Part shown: positions 9,423 through 18,018 of the stretch, in pieces
Layout: the number at the start of each line of letters is the position of its first letter
How positions within the stretch are numbered: the first letter of the stretch is position 1
From: Acidobacteriota bacterium
GTDB taxonomy: Bacteria > Acidobacteriota > UBA6911 > RPQK01 > JAJDTT01
Reading direction: 5' to 3'
NCBI GenBank assembly: GCA_965217775.1
Contig: CBDCJH010000002.1
Location: 2,272,001-2,336,000, forward strand
DNA: 64,000 nt
Translations under genes and position numbers: made by a program
Notes under the pieces: model-generated
What the model saw: the letters and a program-made list of their open reading frames with translations, nothing else
Databases searched by the model: none
What the model was told of the DNA's origin: nothing

Positions 9423-10742
9423 TTGAAAATTCACGGTCCGACCCTGCTATTCGTCCTCCTGCTGGCGGCCATCGCCTCCTGCGAGCAGCGCCGGGAATTC
9501 CCTGCGAAACCAGAGCAACCCAATATCCTTCTGATCCTGGCCGACGACGTGGGACGCGAGGTGCTGGGCAGCTACGGCGGCACCTCCTACCCCACTCCCA
9601 ACCTGGACCAGTTGGCCCGAACCGGGCTGCGCTTCGAGCACGCCTACAGCATGGCCGTCTGCCACCCCTCCCGGATCTGTCTGATGACCGGGCGTTACCC
9701 GTTCCGGCTGGGACATCCGGTCTGGGGAACCTTTCCGGAAGGGTGGGAGGAGAGAACTCTGCCCCAGGTCCTGAAGCGAGCCGGATACGCCACTGCCATT
9801 GCCGGCAAATGGCAGCTCACGCTCCTCCGGGAAGATCCCGAGCATCCGTTTCGCCTGGGTTTCGACCAATATTCCCTCTTTGGCTGGCACGAAGGTCCCC
9901 GTTATCACCAACCTCTCATCTGGGAGAACGGCCGGATTCGATCCGACGTCCGGGAGCAGTACGGTCCCGACGTCTACGTCCAGTTCCTCACGGAATTCAT
10001 GGAACGGCACCAGTCGGGTCCCTTCTTCGCCTTCTATTCCATGGCACTCTGTCACGACGTCACCGATGATCTGGAAGCACCGGTCCCCTTCGGTCCCCAT
10101 GGGCGTTACGACAATTATCGGGAGATGGTGGAGGCCATGGACCAGCGGGTCGGGCGCCTTGTTGGAACTCTGGACCGCCTCGGATTGCGGGAGAAGACGT
10201 TGATCTTCTTCACCACCGACAACGGGACGCCCAAGAGGTCCATCATCACGGCCCAGGGCGGAAAGCTCGTCCGGGAACCCGTATCGAGCCGGATGGGAGA
10301 GCGCACGATTCCCGGAGGCAAGGGAGACCTCACCGACGCCGGCACCCGGGTCCCCACGATCGCAAACTGGACCGGGACGCTGTTCCCGGGTCAATCGACA
10401 GAGGCTCTGATTGACTTCAGCGACTTGCTGCCGACGCTGGCGGAGCTGGGCGGCGCCGAGGTCCCCCCGGGGGAGACCCTGGACGGGACCAGCTTCGCGG
10501 CACTACTGAGAGGAGAACCGGGACCGGGACGAGATTGGGTTTTCGCGGAACATCGGGGCCGCAGTTGGGTTCGGACCCGGGATTGGAAGCTGTACCGGGA
10601 CGGCCGATTCTTCCGCATGACGGCCGACCCGGACGAGACACGGCCCGTCCCCGAGGAGGAGAAGACTCCCGTCCGTAGCCATATGCGGACCGTACTGGAC
10701 CGCCTCTTCGAGAAACGTCCGCCGGGCACCGCCGACGATTGA
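9423..10742 (+). CDS. Formylglycine-dependent sulfatase (lipoprotein)
   Basis: PNILLILADD, CHPSR (CxPxR), GKWQL and TTDNG; lipobox IASC; TTG start at 9423 is inferred. Confidence 0.9.
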   Translation: MKIHGPTLLFVLLLAAIASCEQRREFPAKPEQPNILLILADDVGREVLGSYGGTSYPTPNLDQLARTGLRFEHAYSMAVCHPSRICLMTGRYPFRLGHPVWGTFPEGWEERTLPQVLKRAGYATAIAGKWQLTLLREDPEHPFRLGFDQYSLFGWHEGPRYHQPLIWENGRIRSDVREQYGPDVYVQFLTEFMERHQSGPFFAFYSMALCHDVTDDLEAPVPFGPHGRYDNYREMVEAMDQRVGRLVGTLDRLGLREKTLIFFTTDNGTPKRSIITAQGGKLVREPVSSRMGERTIPGGKGDLTDAGTRVPTIANWTGTLFPGQSTEALIDFSDLLPTLAELGGAEVPPGETLDGTSFAALLRGEPGPGRDWVFAEHRGRSWVRTRDWKLYRDGRFFRMTADPDETRPVPEEEKTPVRSHMRTVLDRLFEKRPPGTADD

Positions 10743-10809
10743 CTTGCCGTCGATGTGGAGCGTGAGGCCTCTTTTCGGAGCTGAACGCCGAACCGAGCGG
10801 CTACTCCGA

Positions 10810-11340
10810 TCAGGGAGGAAGAATCTCCACCATCTCGGCCAGAACCCGGCCGTCCTCACCGGATATCAGATTGTGCCGCCCGTATAGGGGATCACGGCTT
10901 TCCAGTTCCAAGGCCTCCGCTACGATCTGGTCCGGTTCGACTCGGAGATAGCGCTGAGGGTCGCTCCGGTGAGGGACGTTCTCCCGCTTCAAGATGGTCC
11001 CCAGCGGGAGCAGGCCTTCCCGGATCATTTCTTGAGCCGACGCCCCGAAACCGTCGAGCCGGATACGGATCGCTCCGAACTCCACCGGCTTGGCGCTCTC
11101 CGTAGTGACCAGGACGACTTCCCGGAAGAGAATGCCGGACGGGGCGTCACGGCTCATCACCCGGAGCTGGATCGGCTCTCCGTGGAACGCCTCCAAGGTG
11201 GGGGTCATGTCCCGGTCGTGGACCAGCAGGTCCCGGTAGGGTTGGGGGATCACCGGACCCTCGACCCGCTCGATGGCAGGCAAACAGAGTCTCCGCCTGG
11301 AATATGCTTCAGCCAGAGGATCCAACTCCCGGGGCGTCAT
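10810..11340 (-). CDS. Chorismate pyruvate-lyase (UbiC)-like protein
   Basis: DMTPTLE, REVVL, PLGTIL, YGR and VEIL pattern of the chorismate-lyase fold. Confidence 0.6.
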   Translation of the reverse strand: MTPRELDPLAEAYSRRRLCLPAIERVEGPVIPQPYRDLLVHDRDMTPTLEAFHGEPIQLRVMSRDAPSGILFREVVLVTTESAKPVEFGAIRIRLDGFGASAQEMIREGLLPLGTILKRENVPHRSDPQRYLRVEPDQIVAEALELESRDPLYGRHNLISGEDGRVLAEMVEILPP

Positions 11341-11470
11341 ACGGGGTCCAGATTCTAGCAGATGCGGCTGCCTCCACCTCGGACCAGAGGGTGCACTCCT
11401 CTTCCCTCTTCTCTCTTTTCTCTTTCCTGGTTTCCTATTTCCTTTCCGGCGAATGTTAGAATCGGGCCCT

Positions 11471-13030
11471 ATGTTGGATCTCATCGTTCAGGGCGGAATT
11501 CTCATCGACGGCACCGGCAATCCACGCTTCAGGGCGGATCTGGGCATTGGCGGGGACCGGATTCAACAGATCGGGGACCTGACCGGCAAGGACGCCGGCG
11601 ATCGGATCGATGCCCGGGGGCGGGTCGTGGCGCCGGGTTTCGTGGATGTTCACAATCATTCCGATTCGTGGCTGCTCACGAACCCCAACTTCCTGTCCAA
11701 GACGGCCCAGGGATTCACCACCGAGGTGATCATGGCCGACGGCATCTCCTACGCCCCCGTCGACCGGGAGACGGTCCACGCCTGGACCTACTACCTGCGT
11801 TCGCTCAATGGACTCCGGCTCGAGGAGTACGAGGGCTGGGAGAGTCTCGCCGAATACATGTCGCTCCTGGATGGCCGGACCGTACAGAACAGCATCCCTC
11901 ACATCCCCTACGCCAACGTCCGTTCCCTCGCCTGCGGGTTCGGACGGCAGGCGCCGGACGATGTCCAGATGGCTCAGATTCTTAGGGAGATCGAAAAGGG
12001 AATGGAGGCGGGCGCCGTGGGAATCTCCACGGGGCTGGACTACATCGCCCAATGCCACGCCTCCACCGACGAACTGGTCCGGGCCTGCCGGGTCATGGCT
12101 CCCCAGGGTCTGTACGCGACCCACATGCGCTACAAGATGGGAACCTTGGAGGCCCTCAAGGAGGCCGTGGAGATCGGCCGGAGAGCCGGGGTCCCGGTGC
12201 ATATCTCCCACCTGAAGGCCGTCAACGAACCCGCGGCTGAAGAGATTCTGAACTACGTCGACCAAGTGGCCACTCAAGAGGTGGACTTCTCCTTCGACGT
12301 CTACCCCTACCTGCCCGGGTCCACCATGCTCAATTTCCTCATGCCCTACGAGATCTGGGACCGGGGACCGCTGGCGGCTCTGGATCAGCTCCGGACCCGC
12401 AGGTTCCGGGACCGGCTGGCCTCGATCCTGGACGTCCCGCCCTTGGATCAGGCGATCATCGCCTGGACCTCCAGCAAGGGCAACCACCACCTTCAGGGCA
12501 TGTCCATGGGCGACTACATCTCCCAACGCGGACTCCCCCCGGCCGACGCGGTCGCCGACCTGCTGATCGAGGAGAACCTGTCGATCCTGCTAGTGTTTCA
12601 CCGGGGGAACGACTCCATGGTGGAGCCCTTTCTGAGCCACAGCCACTACATGATGGGCAGCGACGGGATCTACCAGGAAGGGGGCCTCATCCACCCCCGG
12701 CACTACGGATCGGGCCCACGCCTGCTGGGTCCCTGTGTCCGCGACCGGAACCTCTTCTCCCTGGAAGACGCGGTTCACAAGCTGAGCGGCTACCCGGCCC
12801 ACCGTTTCGGGCTGCGGGACCGGGGGGTCCTGAAGGAGGGGAACTTCGCGGATCTGGTGGTCTTCGACCCGGAAACGGTCCGGGATCGAGCCACCTACAA
12901 GAATCCCCACCAACTCCCCCTGGGGATCGATCACGTGGTGGTCAACGGCGTACCGATCCTGCGGCACTCCCAGCCGGTGGAAGGCCTGGAGAGCCCCTTG
13001 CCGGGCCGAGCTCTGCGATTTCACCAATAG
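11471..13030 (+). CDS. N-acyl-D-amino-acid deacylase (amidohydrolase_3)
   Basis: APGFVDVHNHSD, GISTGLDY, THMR, HISHLK, GSDG, HPR and ADLVVFDP. Confidence 0.92.
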   Translation: MLDLIVQGGILIDGTGNPRFRADLGIGGDRIQQIGDLTGKDAGDRIDARGRVVAPGFVDVHNHSDSWLLTNPNFLSKTAQGFTTEVIMADGISYAPVDRETVHAWTYYLRSLNGLRLEEYEGWESLAEYMSLLDGRTVQNSIPHIPYANVRSLACGFGRQAPDDVQMAQILREIEKGMEAGAVGISTGLDYIAQCHASTDELVRACRVMAPQGLYATHMRYKMGTLEALKEAVEIGRRAGVPVHISHLKAVNEPAAEEILNYVDQVATQEVDFSFDVYPYLPGSTMLNFLMPYEIWDRGPLAALDQLRTRRFRDRLASILDVPPLDQAIIAWTSSKGNHHLQGMSMGDYISQRGLPPADAVADLLIEENLSILLVFHRGNDSMVEPFLSHSHYMMGSDGIYQEGGLIHPRHYGSGPRLLGPCVRDRNLFSLEDAVHKLSGYPAHRFGLRDRGVLKEGNFADLVVFDPETVRDRATYKNPHQLPLGIDHVVVNGVPILRHSQPVEGLESPLPGRALRFHQ

Positions 13031-13051
13031 GCCTCCCGACAGGAGCACGAT

Positions 13052-14440
13052 ATGAGCATCGACCCAGAGGTCCACGCGCGAGTCTCCGCTGCCGCCGAGG
13101 GGCTATACGACGAGACCGTCCAGCTCATCCGGGAGCTGGTGCGGATTCCCAGCGAGAGCCCCAATTACGCCTACGCCAAGATCTACCAGGAGCGGGGCTA
13201 CACCAAGCTGTACGACGCTCCCGTGACCTTGGGCGGCGAGAAGAAGGTGGCCGAGCACCTGCATCCGATCTTTGCCCGGCTGGGCGCGGAGACCTTCATG
13301 GAGGCCAAGGAGCCGCTTCGGCCCAACCTCATCGGGATTCTCCCCGGTAGCGGCGGTGGGCGGTCCCTGGCGGTCAACGCCCACACCGACACCGTCCCCA
13401 CCGGCCCCCACGAGGAATGGCGCTGGGGAGATCCGTTCAGCGCGCGTCTCGCAGAGGGGAAGCTCTGGGGCCGCGGCTCCACCGATGACAAGGGTCCCCT
13501 GGCCTGCATGATCAAGGCCGTGGAGGTGATCCAGCGGGCCGGTTGTCGTCTCCGGGGCGAGCTGCAGCTCCACGCCACGGTGGGCGAGGAGACCATGGAC
13601 GGGAAGACGCACGGCCCCGGATATTTCCTTCCCCGGAACCCCCGTTGCGTCACCGACGCCTGCCTGGTGTGCGAGTCGTCGGCGCCGCCTCACCGCCATG
13701 GTATCTGCCTGGCTTCCGGCGGAGCCTCATGGCTGCACATCGAGGTCACCGGCAAACCGGTCCACGCCGCCATGGGTTACCGCACCTACCGCATGGGCTA
13801 CGAAGGGGGAGACGTGGGCATGGACGCCATCGGCAAGGCCCTGAAGATCTACCGGGGCCTGGCCGAGCTGGATGAGGAATGGGCCGCCAGCAAGCTCGAC
13901 CCGCGGGGTCTCACGCCCATGGGGTATCCGTCCATCATCACCGCGTGGATCCACGGCCACCCCAAGGGAATCGAGATCCCCTTCTTCGTGGCGGATCACT
14001 GCGAGTTGGGAGCGGCCGTCTGGCGGGACCCGCAGGACAGTTACGAACGGGTCCGGGAAGAGGTCGACGACCGGATTCAGGCCATCTGCCGGATGGACCC
14101 CTGGCTCCGGAAGCATCCTCCCGACGTGCAATGGCGTCTGGACTGGCCGCCGTTTCGGATCGAGCAGGACCACCCGCTGGTCACCGCCGCCGGCCGCGCC
14201 TACGAAACGGTGCTGGGGCAGGAACCGCGCTACATGACCTGGCAACCGGTGAGCGACGCCCGCTTCTACCAGGAATGCGGGGTGCCCTCAATGCTCATGG
14301 GGCCGGGAGACTACCGCCGGGCTCACTGCTACGACGAGTATCTGGAGCTGGATCAGATCGTGGAAGGACTCACGATCTACGCACTGACCATCCTGGAGTG
14401 GTGCGGATTCGACACGCAGAGTGCCGTACCAAGCTGTTGA
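13052..14440 (+). CDS. M20 family ArgE/DapE-type deacylase
   Basis: NAHTDTVP, GRGSTDDKG, VGEE, GKPVHA and AHCYDE metal-binding motifs. Confidence 0.9.
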   Translation: MSIDPEVHARVSAAAEGLYDETVQLIRELVRIPSESPNYAYAKIYQERGYTKLYDAPVTLGGEKKVAEHLHPIFARLGAETFMEAKEPLRPNLIGILPGSGGGRSLAVNAHTDTVPTGPHEEWRWGDPFSARLAEGKLWGRGSTDDKGPLACMIKAVEVIQRAGCRLRGELQLHATVGEETMDGKTHGPGYFLPRNPRCVTDACLVCESSAPPHRHGICLASGGASWLHIEVTGKPVHAAMGYRTYRMGYEGGDVGMDAIGKALKIYRGLAELDEEWAASKLDPRGLTPMGYPSIITAWIHGHPKGIEIPFFVADHCELGAAVWRDPQDSYERVREEVDDRIQAICRMDPWLRKHPPDVQWRLDWPPFRIEQDHPLVTAAGRAYETVLGQEPRYMTWQPVSDARFYQECGVPSMLMGPGDYRRAHCYDEYLELDQIVEGLTIYALTILEWCGFDTQSAVPSC

Positions 14441-14580
14441 CAGTCCTATGCCGCATTTCTCACCAGGTCGCTACGCGTATGATGAAAAATAATCTGTTTT
14501 TGAGCATTTACGCGGAATTTGCCAAGATTTCTCCGGGACAGACTGCGCGATCGTCACGCCCCCTTCTGAGAAACAACCCT

Positions 14581-15924
14581 TTATGCCCCCTGCGGAACCA
14601 GCTTGTAGCCGAGGAGACGGGCCTGGTTTCGCACCCGGCGTTCGAAACGTTGCCGGTCCTGGTGCTCGGTCTCGGTGAGCTTGTCCTCCTTATAGTCCAC
14701 GCGATCGGTGATGAGGCGATAGATGATCCGGGCGAGTTTATGCGCGGTGGCGACGATCGCCGCCGGCGTGCCCACTCGGGCGCGCAGCCGGCGGAAGTAT
14801 TGCCCGAGAGGCGATTGGCTGCGAAACAGGGACTGGGTGGCCCAGCGCAGAGCCTGGGCGGCCCGGTTCGCGCCCGGTCCGGTGCTGGAACTGATCACCT
14901 TGCCGCCGCTGATCTTGTTCTTGGGACACAGGCCCAGCCAGGAGGCGAAGTGCGCCGAATTGGGAAAGCGGGACAGATCCGGTCCCACTTCCGTGAACAG
15001 GACCAGGGCGGTCTGCTCCCCGATGCCGGGGATGCACATCAGGTCCGTGCCCATCAGTTGCTTCAGTTGCACCCGCAACGGCACCGCCGCAGCCGAGGCG
15101 TCCGCACCCTCTGAGGCCCTCGCTTCAAGCGGTAGCGTCGAGCGTTCGAACCCCCGGATCAGGACGGCGATTTCCTGATCACATTCCCCCAAGAGCTGCT
15201 GGAAGTGGGCATAGGTCTCCCGAGCTTGGCGTAGCGTGAACAGCAGTTCGTCGCGCCAGTTCCCTTCCAACGCTGCGATCAACAGTTCCCGTTTTCGGGT
15301 CCGAATCCGCGGGTGGGCCAAGTCGGCCAACCGGGCCGGATCCCGCTCGCCAGCCAGGATGGCGTCGATGATCCGCAGCCCCGAGAGTCCCGTGATGTCG
15401 GTGATCGCATGGTGCAGATGGACATTCATCTGGTCCATCGCCTTTTGCATGTGCAGCGTCGCCTTCGCGGCGGCCTTGACCAAGGTGTCGCGGTGCCGTA
15501 GCAGGGTGCGCACCCGACAGCTCTCGTCGGCCGGTCGGAACGAGCCCCGCAACCAGCCCACCGAGTGCAGGTACCGCAGCCACTCGCAGTCGGCCACGTC
15601 GGACTTGCGTCCGGGGACCACACTCACATGACGGGCGTTGACCAGCACCACATCGAACCCGTAGTGCTCCAGGATCTGGTACACCGGGATCCAGCAGACT
15701 CCCGTCGACTCCATGGCCACGCTTTTTACGTGGCACCCCTGCAGCCACCGCGCCAGGGCGTGCAGTTGGGAAGTAAAGCTGCGAAACGATCGGATCGGCT
15801 GCGGATCGCGGTCGGGGCGGACCGCGACGTACAGTTCCCGAGCGCCGATGTCGATGCCGGCGGCCTCCGGATGCACGACGTTGGGTTGGGCGCTCCGAGT
15901 GCCGGTGCGTTTGCGTCTTGCCAT
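14581..15924 (-). CDS. IS110 family transposase (DEDD recombinase)
   Basis: GIDIG, AMESTG and KSDVAD (DEDD); IPGIG, ASWLGLCP..ISGG (catalytic Ser) and VATAHKLARIIY; GGAGGG RBS before ATG 15924. Confidence 0.95.
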   Translation of the reverse strand: MARRKRTGTRSAQPNVVHPEAAGIDIGARELYVAVRPDRDPQPIRSFRSFTSQLHALARWLQGCHVKSVAMESTGVCWIPVYQILEHYGFDVVLVNARHVSVVPGRKSDVADCEWLRYLHSVGWLRGSFRPADESCRVRTLLRHRDTLVKAAAKATLHMQKAMDQMNVHLHHAITDITGLSGLRIIDAILAGERDPARLADLAHPRIRTRKRELLIAALEGNWRDELLFTLRQARETYAHFQQLLGECDQEIAVLIRGFERSTLPLEARASEGADASAAAVPLRVQLKQLMGTDLMCIPGIGEQTALVLFTEVGPDLSRFPNSAHFASWLGLCPKNKISGGKVISSSTGPGANRAAQALRWATQSLFRSQSPLGQYFRRLRARVGTPAAIVATAHKLARIIYRLITDRVDYKEDKLTETEHQDRQRFERRVRNQARLLGYKLVPQGA

Positions 15925-15964
15925 GATGATTCCCTCCACGTTGATTTGGGAAATGTGCCAATAT

Positions 15965-16145
15965 GGAGCGGGGCGGCCAGGGCGTGAGTTCCGGTAATCT
16001 TCTGTTTGGGATGATCCTCTCTGGCTTGCTGCCAGGGAGGATCTCACCATGGATTCCGCCACCCGCCCCGGGGCCAAGCTGATGACCGGGTTCGCCTTGA
16101 AAGGCTCAACGCCAGTGGGGGACCGGACTACTTCGCGCCCCACTC
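15965..16145 (-). ncRNA. Putative IS110 bridge RNA
   Basis: Non-coding leader with two stem-loops carrying internal loops. Loop segments match the target (TCATCAG, reverse complement of CTGATGA at 16223) and the element ends (CAGAAG; GCGGAATCCA). Boundaries are approximate. Confidence 0.7.
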
Positions 16146-16241
16146 CGAAACGACCCCAGTCTAGCGAAAGCGAACCCCCCTGTTTCTCTTAGGATTTCGC
16201 AGGCCGCAGGCCGGTGGGGGAGCTGATGAGAAATGCGGGCT

Positions 16242-17798
16242 ATGGCTGAAATCTCCGAGATCAACTACAAGCTGGGTCAGGACAACGTCCAGTTCCTCGG
16301 CCTCGACGTCCATCATCCGGTTTTCGTCGTCTCCAGCCTCACCATCATCGCCTTCGTCGCCGGGGTGCTGGCGTTCCAGGCCGAGGCGGCGGTCGCCTTC
16401 GAGGCGCTGCGCGCGTGGCTCACGTCGACCTTCGACTGGGTGTTGATGGGCACGGGCAACCTCTTCGTGCTCTTCTGCCTGCTATTGCTGGTGACCCCGC
16501 CTGGCCGTGTGCGCCTGGGCGGCGCGGATGCCCGGCCGGACTACTCCCGAACGGCCTGGTTCGCCATGCTGTTCGCCGCGGGGACGGGCATCGGCCTGAT
16601 GTTCTTCGGGGTGGCAGAACCGGTGGAGCATTTCCTGCAACCGCCGCTCGGTCTCGATGCGGCCGACACGGCGGCGGCGGCGCGCCTCGGCATGGCCAGC
16701 GCCATCTACCACTGGGGAATCCATGGCTGGGCCATGTACGCGGTGGTGGCGGTGGCGATCGCCTTCGCGTCGTATAACCTCGGCCTGCCGCTGGCGCTGC
16801 GGTCGGCGTTCTATCCGCTGATGGGGGAGGCTGTGTGGGGCCGGTTCGGCCACGGCCTCGACACCCTTTCCGTCTTCGCCACGCTCTTTGGGCTGGCCAC
16901 ATCGCTCGGCCTGGGCGCCGAGCAGTTGGCGGCGGGGCTGGCACGCCTGTGGGGCACGCCGGCGACCGACACCACCCAGGTGCTGCTGATCGTCGGTATC
17001 ACCGGCATGGCGCTGGCGTCGGTTATCAGCGGCATGGAGAAGGGGGTGAAGCGGCTGAGCGAGGCCAACCTGCTACTCGCCCTGCTGCTGCTGGTGTTCG
17101 TGCTGACGGTCGGGCCGACGCGCGCCATCGCCACCGGCGCCGTCACCAGCCTGGGCCAGTATCTCGCGTCGATCGGACCGCTCAGCAACTGGGTGGGCCG
17201 CGAGGATCTCGACTTCATGCACGGCTGGACGACCTTCTACTGGGCTTGGTGGCTCTCGTGGTCCCCCTTCGTCGGCCTGTTCATCGCCCGGGTCTCGCGT
17301 GGCCGGACGGTGCGCGAACTGGTCGCCTGCATGCTGGTCATCCCGACGCTGACTGCTACGATCTGGATGAATGCCTTCGGAGGGACCGCGGTGTCGCAGT
17401 ACGTCGACCGCGGCCATTCCGCCGTGATCACGGCGGTGCAGGCGCAGCAGCCGGAGATCGCCCTGTTCGCGCTGCTGGAGACGCTGCCACTTGCGACCGT
17501 CACCTCGTTCATCGGCCTCGTGTTGGTGGTGGTGTTCTTTGTCACCTCCTCCGACTCCGGATCACTGGTCATCGACACCATCACCGCCGGCGGCAAGCTG
17601 GATGCGCCGGTTGTCCAGCGCGTGTTCTGGTGCGTCTTCGAGGGGCTGATCGCCATCGCGCTGCTGCTCGGCGGCGGCCTTGTGGCCGCGCAGGCGGCCA
17701 CGCTCGCCGCCGCTCTCCCCTTCGCGCTGGTGCTGGTCGCCATGTGCTACAGCACCTGGAAGGGCCTGCGCGCGAGCACGGCGGGCAGGGTCCGTTAA
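16242..17798 (+). CDS. BCCT family (betaine/carnitine/choline) transporter
   Basis: WFAMLFAAGTGIGLMFFG, HWGIHGW, WTTFYWAWWLSWSPFVGLFIARVSRGRT and FFVTSSDSG. Confidence 0.95.
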   Translation: MAEISEINYKLGQDNVQFLGLDVHHPVFVVSSLTIIAFVAGVLAFQAEAAVAFEALRAWLTSTFDWVLMGTGNLFVLFCLLLLVTPPGRVRLGGADARPDYSRTAWFAMLFAAGTGIGLMFFGVAEPVEHFLQPPLGLDAADTAAAARLGMASAIYHWGIHGWAMYAVVAVAIAFASYNLGLPLALRSAFYPLMGEAVWGRFGHGLDTLSVFATLFGLATSLGLGAEQLAAGLARLWGTPATDTTQVLLIVGITGMALASVISGMEKGVKRLSEANLLLALLLLVFVLTVGPTRAIATGAVTSLGQYLASIGPLSNWVGREDLDFMHGWTTFYWAWWLSWSPFVGLFIARVSRGRTVRELVACMLVIPTLTATIWMNAFGGTAVSQYVDRGHSAVITAVQAQQPEIALFALLETLPLATVTSFIGLVLVVVFFVTSSDSGSLVIDTITAGGKLDAPVVQRVFWCVFEGLIAIALLLGGGLVAAQAATLAAALPFALVLVAMCYSTWKGLRASTAGRVR

Positions 17799-17818
17799 CC
17801 CGCCACGTGCATCCCTGT

Positions 17819-17943
17819 TCATGGGGCCGGGCGACTACCGGCGGGCGCACTGCTACGACGAGTACCTGGAACTGGATCAGATCGTGGAAGGACTCACGAT
17901 CTTCGCGCGGGCCATCCTGGATTGGTGCGGATTCGACGGATAG
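17819..17943 (+). pseudogene. Displaced duplicate 3' end of the M20 deacylase gene
   Basis: 17819-17937 aligns without gaps to 14295-14413 (about 10 mismatches in 119 nt) and encodes MGPGDYRRAHCYDEYLELDQIVEG...WCGFDG*. Confidence 0.85.
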
Positions 17944-18018
17944 TCAGACAGGCACGGCCCGAGCCACCGCGGGTCGTCCGGCGCCAGAATGACTTTCGTC
18001 CAACCGATTCCGGTCGAA

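Larger units (their letters stand above)
14565..16224 (-). mobile_element. IS110-family insertion sequence
   Basis: CT core at both junctions (14563-64 and 16223-24); removing the element restores the MITE to the length of the intact copy; sub-terminal inverted GAGAAACA/TGTTTCTC. Confidence 0.8.
14450..16239. mobile_element. IS1380-type MITE (about 130 bp) interrupted by IS110
   Basis: TIRs GCCGCATTTCTCA (14450) and TGAGAAATGCGGG (ends 16239); 4-bp TSD CTAT at 14446-14449 and 16240-16243; homologous intact copy at 58917-59044. Confidence 0.75.
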
